DNA of 62,569 bases from an uncultured Candidatus Poseidoniales archaeon. GTDB lineage: Archaea > Thermoplasmatota > Poseidoniia > Poseidoniales > Poseidoniaceae. A program made the position numbers and the translations under genes. The notes beneath the pieces are model-generated. The model worked only from the letters and a program-made list of their open reading frames with translations. It searched no databases and was not told the origin of the DNA. Location: the NCBI GenBank assembly GCA_902520595.1, contig CABYOM010000003.1:1-62569 (forward strand), in the 5' to 3' direction. Shown one piece after another: positions 46,627 to 56,975 of this stretch. Numbering within the stretch: position 1 is the stretch's first letter; every line of letters starts with the position of its first letter.

Positions 46627-47706
46627 ATGTCCATGTATAACAATCTGCTCAAATGTTTGCTCGTCGTATTCTGCTTTTCATCTGCCGGTTTTGCTGGGTG
46701 CCTCTCAAATCCAGTTTCGTTTGAAAAGTGTGAAGATGACTCCAACTGTATAACCATCGCTTTTGAAGCGAAAGAAGAATACCGTAACAGTGATGAGAAC
46801 CCACAAAAGTTAGCAGACCATCTCTCAGAACTCCTCGGGATGGATGTTGAAATCTATCCAGTCAGCAGCCCTGCTGCCACCATCGAAGCGCTTCGTTTTG
46901 GTCATGCTGATATCGGCTTCTTGGACGGCGGTGCAGCTTGGCTAAGTTGGCAACTCTATGGGCTTGAAGTCCTTGGTGCAGAGCAAAAAGCAGACGGTCG
47001 ACCTTTCTACAACGCTATCGCTTGGGTCCACGCTGATTCTGATATGGCCATGGCTGACAAAGATGACGACCCTGCAACAGATCCGTTTACCCTCATGGAA
47101 GGAAAAACATCCTGCCACACCTCCGCTTTAGGAAGTTCAGGTATGCTTCTTCCAATGGGTTACCTCATCACCAATGAATACATTGAAGTTGTTGGAGACC
47201 CTGATGAAATCGATTCTTTGGAGAACACTGTGAGAAACCATTTCTCTGAAGACTCGAGTATTCCTGAAAGTGGAACGAAGTATCACCGATACATCGGTTC
47301 TCTGCGATGCCTAGCTGAAGGTGGCATGGACTACATTTCATTCGCTAAAGACCCGACCGTTCCAAGTTACTGTGGTAATGAAGACCCTGATGACAATGAA
47401 GATTGGTGCTTTGAAGGTGAATTCACAAGTGTTGATGATTACTACGCATTGCCGACCTTTGGAAAAGCACCGAGCCACCCAATCATGTATAACCCTGATT
47501 TCCTCGACACGACCAACGTTTCAGCCTTGCAAGACGCTCTAGCGGCAATGTCTGTCTCTGATTCAGGATTGACTGTTCTCGACGATATCTTGAGCACTCC
47601 TGGTATCACGATCGTCAACACCACCGACCACTTGGGTAACTATGGTAATCTGATTGATGGTGTTCCAGGAATAGAAGCATACTTTACTAGTAAATACAAC
47701 CTGTGA
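46627..47706 (+). CDS. PhnD/SsuA/transferrin-family substrate-binding lipoprotein
   Basis: FAGC lipobox, IEALRFGHADIGFLDG, SSGMLLPMG, PSHPI. Confidence 0.85.
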   Translation: MSMYNNLLKCLLVVFCFSSAGFAGCLSNPVSFEKCEDDSNCITIAFEAKEEYRNSDENPQKLADHLSELLGMDVEIYPVSSPAATIEALRFGHADIGFLDGGAAWLSWQLYGLEVLGAEQKADGRPFYNAIAWVHADSDMAMADKDDDPATDPFTLMEGKTSCHTSALGSSGMLLPMGYLITNEYIEVVGDPDEIDSLENTVRNHFSEDSSIPESGTKYHRYIGSLRCLAEGGMDYISFAKDPTVPSYCGNEDPDDNEDWCFEGEFTSVDDYYALPTFGKAPSHPIMYNPDFLDTTNVSALQDALAAMSVSDSGLTVLDDILSTPGITIVNTTDHLGNYGNLIDGVPGIEAYFTSKYNL

Positions 47707-48911
47707 GTGGAAAACTCGTGACCGGTCGAACATTGTTACTGACTGTGCTGTTGCTGACCTGCTCTTTGTCGGGTTGTTTTGGCGAAGAAGAGGAAGATAC
47801 GGGTTTCCAATGGCAGGAAAAAGTGGAAATTCCATGCGATGCAGAGTTGGTTGAAGGTCTGGCTTGCAAGGAATACCTCACAGGATTTGTAACTCCTGTA
47901 GCGAGCATACATCATCCGCAAGAAAACGAAATCTGGATTGCTGACCTGAGCGGTATCATTTCAGCCTGGGACGGTGAAAACCTTCGCACTGTGGCGAATT
48001 TGTCGGAATTTGTCAGTAATTGTCACATTGAACAAGGGCTGCTTAGTTTTGCCTTTGATGAAGATTACAATAAGACGAAAAAAGTGCTTCTTTCTTATGT
48101 TGACATTGGCATAAATTGTGGCTATGAAGCCAATCTCATCTTAGCCGATGTGAGCGTTGAGAATGGGATGCTTAATACCTCTACAATCCGTGAACTGCGA
48201 GCAGTTCCACAGCCTTTTCGAAATCACAATGGTGGCCATCTTATTGGGATTGGTAATCATCAATATCTTTGGGGTCTTGGTGATGGTGGAGGCTCCAACT
48301 CTCCGAACAAAACCGCCCAAAACCTGAGCTCCCCATTTGGAGCAATTCATCTCATGGAATATCAAAATGGACAAGTGAGCCCGGTGCTTGAAAATTCATC
48401 GAGAAACCCCTATATCCTTCACCATGGGTTACGAAACCCTTGGCGATTTGATGTCGACCCTACGGGTGGATTGTGGATTGCCGATGTGGGTCAAACTTGC
48501 TATGAAGAAATAAATTATGTTCCTCTCAACGAATCTCACAATTTAGGATGGTCTATGCGTGAGGGATTCCATGAGTTTGACCCGGACGTTGAATGTGGAA
48601 CTACCCCAGTGAACAGCGATTCAAACTATACCGACCCTGTTGCCGTATATCCTCACGAAGGCGGTAATTGCTCGGTCTCTGGCGGAGAATGGATGGATTG
48701 GGGTGCTCAACCGCTGAGAGATGGATATCTGTATGGAGATTTCTGCACTGGAACCATTTGGATTATCCGTGATCAAGGGGGTGTTTGGAGCAGCGAACTC
48801 ATTGCCCAAACCGGGACGATGATTGTAGGATTCGGGCACAGTCTTGAAGATGATTTACTTATTTTCAGTTGGGCAGGAACGATTTACGTTCTTGAAGAAA
48901 GCGAATCTTAG
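47703..48911 (+). CDS. PQQ-dependent glucose/sorbosone dehydrogenase family (GSDH) lipoprotein
   Basis: LSGC lipobox, EQGLLSFAF, NHNGG, GLGDGG, GLRNPWRF, IADVGQ..YEEIN, YGDFCTG. Confidence 0.9.
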   Translation: MSGKLVTGRTLLLTVLLLTCSLSGCFGEEEEDTGFQWQEKVEIPCDAELVEGLACKEYLTGFVTPVASIHHPQENEIWIADLSGIISAWDGENLRTVANLSEFVSNCHIEQGLLSFAFDEDYNKTKKVLLSYVDIGINCGYEANLILADVSVENGMLNTSTIRELRAVPQPFRNHNGGHLIGIGNHQYLWGLGDGGGSNSPNKTAQNLSSPFGAIHLMEYQNGQVSPVLENSSRNPYILHHGLRNPWRFDVDPTGGLWIADVGQTCYEEINYVPLNESHNLGWSMREGFHEFDPDVECGTTPVNSDSNYTDPVAVYPHEGGNCSVSGGEWMDWGAQPLRDGYLYGDFCTGTIWIIRDQGGVWSSELIAQTGTMIVGFGHSLEDDLLIFSWAGTIYVLEESES

Positions 48912-49160
48912 TTACTGTTTTCTATCCCTAATCGACCAATTTTTCCGAGAGAGTCCTTCTAAGGCGACTCCCGTAAGCAATCCCCATACTTCGGTGTTGA
49001 ATATTTCAAAAAGAAACAGTGCGGTCATGAGTAGAGATGCGAGAATCCAATGGTGCAACCATAGACCCTTTACCCGAATGTGAATCTTGGTCTGCTCAGT
49101 TACGAAGCGTGCGATTACATATCCAACAAGAAGTCCGATTGAATATATTGCAAACTCCAT
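48912..49160 (-). CDS. Small hypothetical membrane protein
   Basis: 82 aa, three hydrophobic segments, WLHHW motif. Confidence 0.65.
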   Translation of the reverse strand: MEFAIYSIGLLVGYVIARFVTEQTKIHIRVKGLWLHHWILASLLMTALFLFEIFNTEVWGLLTGVALEGLSRKNWSIRDRKQ

Positions 49161-49293
49161 ACCCCTCCGTAGAGTTACAACTATTTTGCTTCACCCCAGT
49201 ACTCAGAACCAATTGACTCCGGTTGAATGATGTGATTTTCAAGGTAATCACCATCCCATCATATTCAAGTGTGGCATACTGTAGTTGCAATGC

Positions 49294-50775
49294 ATGGGGC
49301 TCATGCAACAGGCAGATTTCGGCGTGTTCAAGAGGTCAGAAACATGGAAGGCATTTGGAATTGGAGCGCTCATGTTTTTGACGATTTCCTTTGCAGCACT
49401 TTCAATGTTTGACAGCATGGATGATATTTTTGCATCGGATGCAGATCCTGCACCAATTCCGAATATTGTGTTTGAGTCATTGAATCGAACTGATGTCGAG
49501 CAACCCCTTGCTAATTCGACAGGCTGGATTTCTTTGGATGACCACCGGGGCAGTATCATCATTCTCGACCTCATGGCGCATGATTGCAGTAATTGCCATG
49601 CAGTTCAAGAACATCTTGAAAGTGAGATGGAGAATTGGTATTCAATGGCAAATTCATCTGGAAAAACACTCCAAATGTTTGCTTATGGTGCATGGTATGG
49701 AGAAGATATTCCTTACCTCAACCAATCATCAGGTTCCTATCATGTGCCGTATTACGCAACAGGAATCGGCTCAACTTCAGCAGCAATACTTGAAGACGGT
49801 TCAACTACCGACCCAGTCCGGTTGTTCACCACAGGCGGAACAGGTCAAATACCAGTCGTCCTTATCATAGATGAAGAAGGTTACATCATCGAGAAACAAT
49901 CAACCGGCACGCCTACCGACGGCTGGTCAAGTTTCGATGGGAAAATGGAAGACATCCTTTCAGCAAATCCGTCTGCCAAGGTCTCTTCAGACTTAATTTC
50001 CTCACGACTGGCATGGGAAGAACCCGGCACTTCATATGCAGCAGTTTTCATCTTGGGTATGGTTTTGTCTATTCTCGTTTATTTCTCACCTTGTGCTTTT
50101 CCTGTTCTACCGGGCTTCATATCATACTATCTTTCACTGGGTGCACGGGAAGATGAACTTATTGAAGCGGGTAAATTGTCCACAAAAATGCCAAATTCAT
50201 GGGTGATCGGTCTGCTCTCCGGATTTGGAATGTGGACCTTTTTCGCTCTCATCGGGGTTGTAGCAATACTCATGGGCGAGGCATTTACTCAATCCGGAGC
50301 TGTTCATTATATTGCGATTTTTATTGCCCTATTGTTGGTAGTTTTGGGTTCTATGATGTTGCTTGGAATCACTTCGCACCTGATGGGCTTTGTCGATAAA
50401 TTTGTAATGAAATACAGCACAACTGAAGCCGATGAAACGTTCACACCCCGCCGCAATATGTATCTGTATGGAATCGGCTATGCTGCAGCATCCATTGATT
50501 GCACAGCCGCAGCAGTACTTCCCTTTGTAATCTATTTGAGCACTCTAGGAAAAACGGCAACAGGGGTGGGAATCGGAGGATTGATGATTGGCTTGTTATT
50601 CCTCATGGTATTCGTAACTGTGATGGTCGGATTAGGCCGTCAAGTGATGATTAATTTCTTGAAGCGAGCGACTGGAATGATCAAACTTGTTGGTTCGTGG
50701 ATGATGATTATGGCAGGTATAAGTTTGACTATCTATCTCACACGTCCAGATCTTGTAGGACAAATATTTGGTTAA
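49294..50775 (+). CDS. Thioredoxin-like (redoxin) domain fused to CcdA/DsbD-type transmembrane domain
   Basis: IIILDLMAHDCSNC, IPVVLIIDEEG; FSPCAFPVLPG and GYAAASIDCT transmembrane cysteines. Confidence 0.85.
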   Translation: MGLMQQADFGVFKRSETWKAFGIGALMFLTISFAALSMFDSMDDIFASDADPAPIPNIVFESLNRTDVEQPLANSTGWISLDDHRGSIIILDLMAHDCSNCHAVQEHLESEMENWYSMANSSGKTLQMFAYGAWYGEDIPYLNQSSGSYHVPYYATGIGSTSAAILEDGSTTDPVRLFTTGGTGQIPVVLIIDEEGYIIEKQSTGTPTDGWSSFDGKMEDILSANPSAKVSSDLISSRLAWEEPGTSYAAVFILGMVLSILVYFSPCAFPVLPGFISYYLSLGAREDELIEAGKLSTKMPNSWVIGLLSGFGMWTFFALIGVVAILMGEAFTQSGAVHYIAIFIALLLVVLGSMMLLGITSHLMGFVDKFVMKYSTTEADETFTPRRNMYLYGIGYAAASIDCTAAAVLPFVIYLSTLGKTATGVGIGGLMIGLLFLMVFVTVMVGLGRQVMINFLKRATGMIKLVGSWMMIMAGISLTIYLTRPDLVGQIFG

Positions 50776-51530
50776 TCTTCAGCCATCACTGCGTCGAATT
50801 TGTCTTGGAACTCTTTGGTTTCCAACCGATCAAGACAGGGTTTCATCCAATATTTCCATGTGATTCCCGTGAAAAGAAGCCCAGTAATTGCATCCCAAAC
50901 ATAGTGTTGTTTGAGGGTTAATGTAGAGATGACCAAGAGCGCCCAACAAATCAACAGCGAGGTCTGTAAAATCAAAACTTTACGTGTGGATGATGGATAC
51001 CAATAACGTAGAATCAAAACGACTTGACTGCTTTGAACAACATGCAGTGAAGGCCAGGCATTCCAGGGTTTGTCAACACCGTGAACTAATCCAATCCAAG
51101 GCTCCCATACAGTACCGTCAACCCCTGTTACGAGATGGCGAAGATCGATTTCCACTGGGAAGATTACAAAGACCAAAAAGCACATCCAACACGACAACAG
51201 CATCATTTGGTGGAAGACGATATTTTGACGCCACATGACATCGCTCTTATTTCCCAGCCATGCACCTGCAGGATAGTACAGATACAATGATAGGTAGGGC
51301 ACAACCATCCATGCAACGAACGGAATACTAAGGTCAATCTGAGTCTCAGGGCTAAATGCAGTTCGTTGCATGAACTCAGCTAAACGATTGACGATGAGAT
51401 AGGGTATTGCAGCGATAAATGTGATTAATCCAACGATGACAATACTGATTCTCCTGTTCGACCAGTCAGTACGATTCTTCCAGTGTGAGCGCCACATACG
51501 CCATGGTTTGGAACACCAAGTTACGAACAT
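50772..51530 (-). CDS. PAP2 family membrane protein
   Basis: DKPWNAWPSLHV, STLTLKQHYVWD. Confidence 0.85.
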   Translation of the reverse strand: MFVTWCSKPWRMWRSHWKNRTDWSNRRISIVIVGLITFIAAIPYLIVNRLAEFMQRTAFSPETQIDLSIPFVAWMVVPYLSLYLYYPAGAWLGNKSDVMWRQNIVFHQMMLLSCWMCFLVFVIFPVEIDLRHLVTGVDGTVWEPWIGLVHGVDKPWNAWPSLHVVQSSQVVLILRYWYPSSTRKVLILQTSLLICWALLVISTLTLKQHYVWDAITGLLFTGITWKYWMKPCLDRLETKEFQDKFDAVMAED

Positions 51531-51650
51531 GTTCTAGTCGAATCTCTAAGCAGGTGTAATACTTGTGCAGGACAATCATAAATTGTTGCAGTTTGAAAAG
51601 AATCCTCAGAGCCCCGTGGAGATACAAACGTACTCAAGAGTTATCAGGGC

Positions 51651-52790
51651 TTATTGCGAATCGGATGAATCTTCAGATTCACTGCCGTCAATCGCTTTCT
51701 GAGCTGTCTGCTGACGCAAGAATTCTTGCATAACTTCTGGTGTTAAAGCACCGTGCTCTGCCGCCATTTCCATCATTTTCATCTGAATGTCGTTTTGCTT
51801 ATCCATTCTCTGATCTTGGTGATTTTGAGTTTGTTCAATTCGGTCTCGCTTTCGTGCTTGAACCTGTTCAAAGAGTCGCATTGCCTCATCGGTTTTATGT
51901 GATGATTCCTGCATCCTCAAGTCTGCTTGGCCTTGGTCTCGCTTGAGTTCAGCATCCCAAACTGCTTCTTGCTTTCGCAACTCTAGAAGTTCACTTTCTG
52001 CTTGGATTGTCACTTCACCGCGCTTTTTAGCACGTTCAACATTGACTTCACATTCGATTCTGCGAAGGGTTGCAGCTTCACGAATAGCAATACGCTCGGT
52101 GAGTGCTTCAGCATTAGCGCCTTCGGTTTTCGTTGCAAAATCTAAATCTGCTTTGAGGCGAGCAAGCTTCTCTTGGTCGGTTTTACTTGTTGAAATAAAC
52201 GCACGCAAAAAGGTAAATCCAAGAGTCGATAGCGATTGACGCATTTCGACTTCAGCATGCATTTCGAGGTGTTCTTGGAATTCCGAACTTCGCAATTCTT
52301 CGATGCTCGAGCATTTGGCCATTGCTGGAACAATACATCGAGTTGTTAGTTCATGTCCCAAGAAACCGATTAATCCATCACGGTCAAGAAGTGGTGCATG
52401 GTTCGCAAAGATGTTGAGCAGTTTAGGGATATCCTCTTTGCGCAATTGAATGCGCAAATTCATGTGTCCTGAGGCTTCTGACCCATCCTGAAGAGGAGTG
52501 GCAAAAGGAATCCACAGATCAATTGGACCCGTCATAGCAAACAACATACGACGGTCAGTAGCAGTTGCACCAGCCATGTCTGCAATATGTCTTCCAAGAC
52601 CTCCGCCGATGTTTCGAACAACTTTTTCTGATACGATATCACCGATTCTTCCATCGACGATAAAAGCACATGCTTCATTTGGTTTCAAGACAACTTGACG
52701 TGCTTTCCACGTTTGAATATCATTTCCATCTACTAATCGTGCTACAATATTAGGATTACTTCGCCACTTAAAATTCGCTGCCATATTCAT
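51651..52790 (-). CDS. SPFH (band 7)-like domain protein with C-terminal coiled coil
   Basis: VVLKPNEACAFIVDGRI N-terminus, SPFH-like core, then an E/R/Q-rich helical region; no TM helix. Confidence 0.65.
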   Translation of the reverse strand: MNMAANFKWRSNPNIVARLVDGNDIQTWKARQVVLKPNEACAFIVDGRIGDIVSEKVVRNIGGGLGRHIADMAGATATDRRMLFAMTGPIDLWIPFATPLQDGSEASGHMNLRIQLRKEDIPKLLNIFANHAPLLDRDGLIGFLGHELTTRCIVPAMAKCSSIEELRSSEFQEHLEMHAEVEMRQSLSTLGFTFLRAFISTSKTDQEKLARLKADLDFATKTEGANAEALTERIAIREAATLRRIECEVNVERAKKRGEVTIQAESELLELRKQEAVWDAELKRDQGQADLRMQESSHKTDEAMRLFEQVQARKRDRIEQTQNHQDQRMDKQNDIQMKMMEMAAEHGALTPEVMQEFLRQQTAQKAIDGSESEDSSDSQ

Positions 52791-53326
52791 GCCTTCCTTT
52801 TCTGTCTTAAACCGTCAAGAACCGTCGCTCTCGCACTGTAGAATCCTCGAGAACTTGTAACCATCTGATCGCATTGTAGAATCAGTGACTTGATCTCTTC
52901 ATCGGTTTTGTCGGTGGAAAAAGCATGTTCAACACTGTTTGAAATATTCACTGCTTTAGTCATCATATCAATGACATCGTGGTCGTGTTTAATCAGTTTC
53001 TTGAGGACTGAAATTGAGGCGGAGCGTTGCCCTGAAAAGAAAGCGTGAGTCATGCCTGTTGGAGATTTATCAATATCTTCGATTAACATGTCGATTGTGT
53101 TACAACAGGCTTTAGCGGCTTTGGAAACGTCGAGTTTCTTTTCTCGAAATCCGCTGTCATGAACATTTAGGAGGTGATTACGTGCACGAGTTCCACAGCG
53201 CTTGATTTCTTCTCGAATCGCAAGGTCGGCATCACGTCGTTTTCCTTTTGTGTAACCCTCATATCCTGAGAGAACCATTTGGATACCTCGAACGTACGGA
53301 AGCACATCCAGCGGGGTTCCTACCAT
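52787..53326 (-). CDS. Conserved hypothetical helical protein (GYxGY..RRDAD motif)
   Basis: SGYEGYTKGKRRDADLAIRE; ATGA overlap with the SPFH gene. Confidence 0.7.
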   Translation of the reverse strand: MVGTPLDVLPYVRGIQMVLSGYEGYTKGKRRDADLAIREEIKRCGTRARNHLLNVHDSGFREKKLDVSKAAKACCNTIDMLIEDIDKSPTGMTHAFFSGQRSASISVLKKLIKHDHDVIDMMTKAVNISNSVEHAFSTDKTDEEIKSLILQCDQMVTSSRGFYSARATVLDGLRQKRKA

Positions 53327-53392
53327 GTTGACCGTAATGAATTGATACGGGCCCACTTATTATGCTATCCTTGGGATGGTGGGGAGCCCAAC

Positions 53393-54037
53393 TTACACCT
53401 CGACGCTCACAGGACCTGAAAAATCACTCCAATTCAAAATTCGGTCGGCAAGAATCTCTGCTTCCTCAGGGTCATGGGTTACATGTATTGCAGACATCTT
53501 TTTCGATTTGAGAATTTCACGAGTATCTTGGGCGATTTTACGTCGAGTTGGTATGTCTAATGCAGAAAAAGGCTCATCCAGAAGCATTAACGTCGGTTTA
53601 TTGAGAAGGGCGCGAACAACTGAAACGCGTTGAGCCTCTCCACCAGAAAGCGAGTCAACCTTTCGAGAAGCAAAATTTTTGAGTCCAACAAGTTCCAATT
53701 CACGAGCAATTTTCTTTTTTCGTTCTTCCTTTGTCAGTTTCACATCAAATCCTAAAGCGATATTTGATTCAACGTTGAGGTGGGGGTAAAGAATTGGCTT
53801 CTGGAACACATACCCAATCTTACTTTCTGCCGTGTTCGAAAATTCAACAGTTCCTGTTTCGACAGATTCGAGTCCCGCAATCATCCGCAGGAGCGTCGAC
53901 TTACCGCATCCACTTGGTCCGATGAGCGCAACGATTTCATTGTCACCTACATCCAAATTCAGGTCATAAAAAATCGTCTTGGAATCAAAGGTTTTGGTTA
54001 AGTTTTTCAACTGCAGTATTGTTTTTGATTTCGCCAT
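53393..54037 (-). CDS. thiQ: ABC transporter ATP-binding protein, thiamine (ThiQ-like)
   Basis: GPSGCGKS, LSGGEAQR, LLDEPFSALD, VTHD; operon context. Confidence 0.8.
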   Translation of the reverse strand: MAKSKTILQLKNLTKTFDSKTIFYDLNLDVGDNEIVALIGPSGCGKSTLLRMIAGLESVETGTVEFSNTAESKIGYVFQKPILYPHLNVESNIALGFDVKLTKEERKKKIARELELVGLKNFASRKVDSLSGGEAQRVSVVRALLNKPTLMLLDEPFSALDIPTRRKIAQDTREILKSKKMSAIHVTHDPEEAEILADRILNWSDFSGPVSVEV

Positions 54038-55833
54038 TAGAAACCACTCCTGTCGTCATGCGCTCTGAAACGTTCTGCGAGAACAAAGAGCGTGAATGTG
54101 AGCAGCATGAGCATCGTTGCTGCCGCCATTGCAGTCGTGTGAATCAAGGGGTCAAAATTTGGCCGACTCATCAGTTGGTCAACCACAATTGAAAGCGTGT
54201 CCCAGGAACCTGAACGAACAAGAAGCCACGATGCACCAAATTCACCGAGCGAGAATGCGAGGGTCAGCGAACCAGCAACGACGGCAGGTCCACGAAGAAA
54301 CATGAATGTGCCATGATACCATGAACGTGTGGATGAAAGATTTAGCATTCGACATTGTTCAGAAAAAGCGGGGTCAAGTGATTGGTAAGCAGGTAACATT
54401 ATCCTCACGACAAATGGAACTGTAAGCAGGACATGTGGATAAACTGGAAGGAGGAACCACCCAAACATTTCTGGATACCATCGTAGGCCTCCCAAGAGAA
54501 CACCTAGGCCCACCATTAAGGCAGACACGGCCAGTGGAAGCATGCAGAATAAGTCCAGTATTTTAGAAAATTTCGACCACCCAGTTTGTTCAAGTTTGAA
54601 TATTGTTGAGGCCAGTATCCATCCAAGTGGTAATGCGATGAGGAGCGTACATATTGCATAGATGATCGAATTCGACATTGCCTCGCCTACAGCCATCGTT
54701 GACATGTCTCCACTCCACGCATTGCTCCACCCATCGAGTGTCCAATTTCGTTCGACAGAACCTTCTGTAATTTGCCGAACTTGAAACGACGAGATTACGA
54801 CAGAAAGGAATGGAAGGAGTGTGAATGCTACGCCGAGCATGATAATGATTTTTGCAGTAATTGATGGTGGGCCATGGTGGGTTCTTACTCCCGGTTCGCT
54901 CAAGAGAGAAAGGCGCTGTGAATATCTTTTTTGAAGTACAGATGTCATCCATAGTGTCAAGAGCAAAATGAAGAATTGGACAAGTGCAACGGAATAAATC
55001 AATTCACTTGAATCGATTCGATAACCGACAATTCCAGCTGCCGAACCTGACTCTGCCATCAGTGATTCAAGAGTGAAACTTGTTGGAGTCAGCCATTTTA
55101 CGAGAGCAAATGAAGTGAATGAGAACAAGAAACTCAATGCAGCAGCACACAGAACAGCTGGTCCAATAACGGGAATCCACAGATACTTCATTCGGGCAAT
55201 TCTCGATTGACCTTGAGGTAGCACGGAAAGTTGCTCTTCCCATGCAGGATCAAGTGATGATAAAGTCGGTTCCACAAATCGAATCATCAGCGACAGGTTG
55301 AACCATGCATGCGCGATGATTAGTGCAAGAAAATGACCAGGATGATTCCAACCTGAGACCTCGGCAAACCAGCCTACGATGCCAGTCTCGAGTCGAAGGT
55401 CGATACCGATTTTGGTGAGTATTCCGTCTTGGCGTATCAAACTCAAAAAACCCATCGCTGCAACGATTGAAGGGGTGACAAAGGGAACCGCAATCAGGGC
55501 TCTAAGCATACGAATTCTCTTCCACTGATAACGGCTCAAGCACCATGCTACAGGCAAACCTATGATGATGGTAAGTATGGACGAGGCGATTGCCTCTAAC
55601 AGAGTAAATCTCAACGCATCCATTCCACCATAGACGTTTCCAAACTCAGTAAATGCTTGCCAAACAGTCCAACTTGTAACGTATTCCAGCCGGGTTAAGG
55701 CATAGACAAAAGGTAGCGTAGAGCCAAGCGTGAACAGAGCGATTGCAAGAACTCGAACAGTTGTGTCTGAATTGCGCAAGAACAACTCATTTGGTGGTTG
55801 AATCGCAGCAAGAGCCACGGAACTCAGCCTCAT
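54037..55833 (-). CDS. thiP: Thiamine ABC transporter permease (ThiP/FbpB-type, duplicated)
   Basis: PFVTPSIVAAMGF, IAHAWFN, FTSFA, SLGEFGAS; about 12 TM helices. Confidence 0.85.
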   Translation of the reverse strand: MRLSSVALAAIQPPNELFLRNSDTTVRVLAIALFTLGSTLPFVYALTRLEYVTSWTVWQAFTEFGNVYGGMDALRFTLLEAIASSILTIIIGLPVAWCLSRYQWKRIRMLRALIAVPFVTPSIVAAMGFLSLIRQDGILTKIGIDLRLETGIVGWFAEVSGWNHPGHFLALIIAHAWFNLSLMIRFVEPTLSSLDPAWEEQLSVLPQGQSRIARMKYLWIPVIGPAVLCAAALSFLFSFTSFALVKWLTPTSFTLESLMAESGSAAGIVGYRIDSSELIYSVALVQFFILLLTLWMTSVLQKRYSQRLSLLSEPGVRTHHGPPSITAKIIIMLGVAFTLLPFLSVVISSFQVRQITEGSVERNWTLDGWSNAWSGDMSTMAVGEAMSNSIIYAICTLLIALPLGWILASTIFKLEQTGWSKFSKILDLFCMLPLAVSALMVGLGVLLGGLRWYPEMFGWFLLPVYPHVLLTVPFVVRIMLPAYQSLDPAFSEQCRMLNLSSTRSWYHGTFMFLRGPAVVAGSLTLAFSLGEFGASWLLVRSGSWDTLSIVVDQLMSRPNFDPLIHTTAMAAATMLMLLTFTLFVLAERFRAHDDRSGF

Positions 55834-56975
55834 CCCATTTGGACTGCATTCTGCCATGTAGTGAGCCAACTTTCCATGTTCTGCTCAATCATTTCCTGAG
55901 TGATCGCATTACTGACGATGGCTTGGTCAGCATGGTAGCGATACCCGTTAGTTTCCGGTAAATCAGTTCCATCTAAAACCGAATACATGGAGTTGTAATC
56001 TGGCATGTTGACATTGACTTCCATTGATGTTATAAATTCAATAAATTGGTTCGCAGCATCTACCTCAGCCGCACCGTTGATGATGCCAGTGTATTCCACT
56101 TGGTGGAATGAAGCCCGTGGCAGTACCAGCGAGGTTGAGTGCGTGTAATTCTCAGCGTAATATGCTTCGACTCCTGGCGAGTGACAGTAGGATACTGTAA
56201 GGTATGCGCCACCAATGTGCCCCTCCATATATTCTCCATATCCACCTGTGTAATAGGTGACGTAGGATTCGCTCCAGCCTGATGTAAAGATTGCCCCATT
56301 CTGGACTATTGCCGTCCACCAGCTGGCCATGTCGCCGCTTTGATTTCCAGGCGAATGTCCAAAGTAATCAACCGTCGCTGCCAAAAAGGCTCGACCTGGT
56401 GAAGAAGTCATTGGTGATGGGAACGTCATTTTCCCATTCCACTCAGGTTCCGTAAGGTTCCAAAGGCTCGTTGGAACAGACATGTTGTCTGCTGCAAGGG
56501 CGTCTTCATCATAGTTGAGACAGACATCACCTTCATCAAAAGGAACAGCCAAAGGTCCTTGGTAGAACTCGAGTGATGACTGTGTAAAAGATTCATCAGA
56601 TACATTGTGGGACATAAGGAGGCAATTTTGAATCGCTGTTGGCAAATATGTATTGTCCAATCCAATCATCAAATCCGCTTGAGGTGCGGCTTTGGTAAGC
56701 ATCATTTGGTCGAGAATTCCACCTGCATCATCGGTTTTGATGAACTCGACTTCAGTGCCGGTTTGGTTGACAAATTGTGCGATAAGTTCATCTGAAAAGC
56801 CTGCAATATCGTAGGTCAGGATTTTGAGTGTCCCGTCACTCTCTCGAACTTGAACGCCAGCCATGCAAGGATCATCCGATTCAATTGCTTCAATTACCTC
56901 ATCTGTCAAACAGCCACTGAGAGAGAAGGTCAGAAGCAGCAGTGTGATTATTCCAGCTTTGCGAATGGAATTCAT
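55830..56975 (-). CDS. thiB: Thiamine ABC transporter substrate-binding lipoprotein (ThiB/TbpA)
   Basis: LSGC lipobox, LTYD, DAG, ADLMIGLDNT, TSSPGRAFL, GWSESY, SYCHSP, QVEY. Confidence 0.9.
   Translation of the reverse strand: MNSIRKAGIITLLLLTFSLSGCLTDEVIEAIESDDPCMAGVQVRESDGTLKILTYDIAGFSDELIAQFVNQTGTEVEFIKTDDAGGILDQMMLTKAAPQADLMIGLDNTYLPTAIQNCLLMSHNVSDESFTQSSLEFYQGPLAVPFDEGDVCLNYDEDALAADNMSVPTSLWNLTEPEWNGKMTFPSPMTSSPGRAFLAATVDYFGHSPGNQSGDMASWWTAIVQNGAIFTSGWSESYVTYYTGGYGEYMEGHIGGAYLTVSYCHSPGVEAYYAENYTHSTSLVLPRASFHQVEYTGIINGAAEVDAANQFIEFITSMEVNVNMPDYNSMYSVLDGTDLPETNGYRYHADQAIVSNAITQEMIEQNMESWLTTWQNAVQMG

Noticed and set aside
49585..49599. CSNCH as a c-type heme-binding CxxCH motif
   Set aside because: It sits at the thioredoxin active-site position after the IIILDL strand, so a redox CxxC is the simpler reading.
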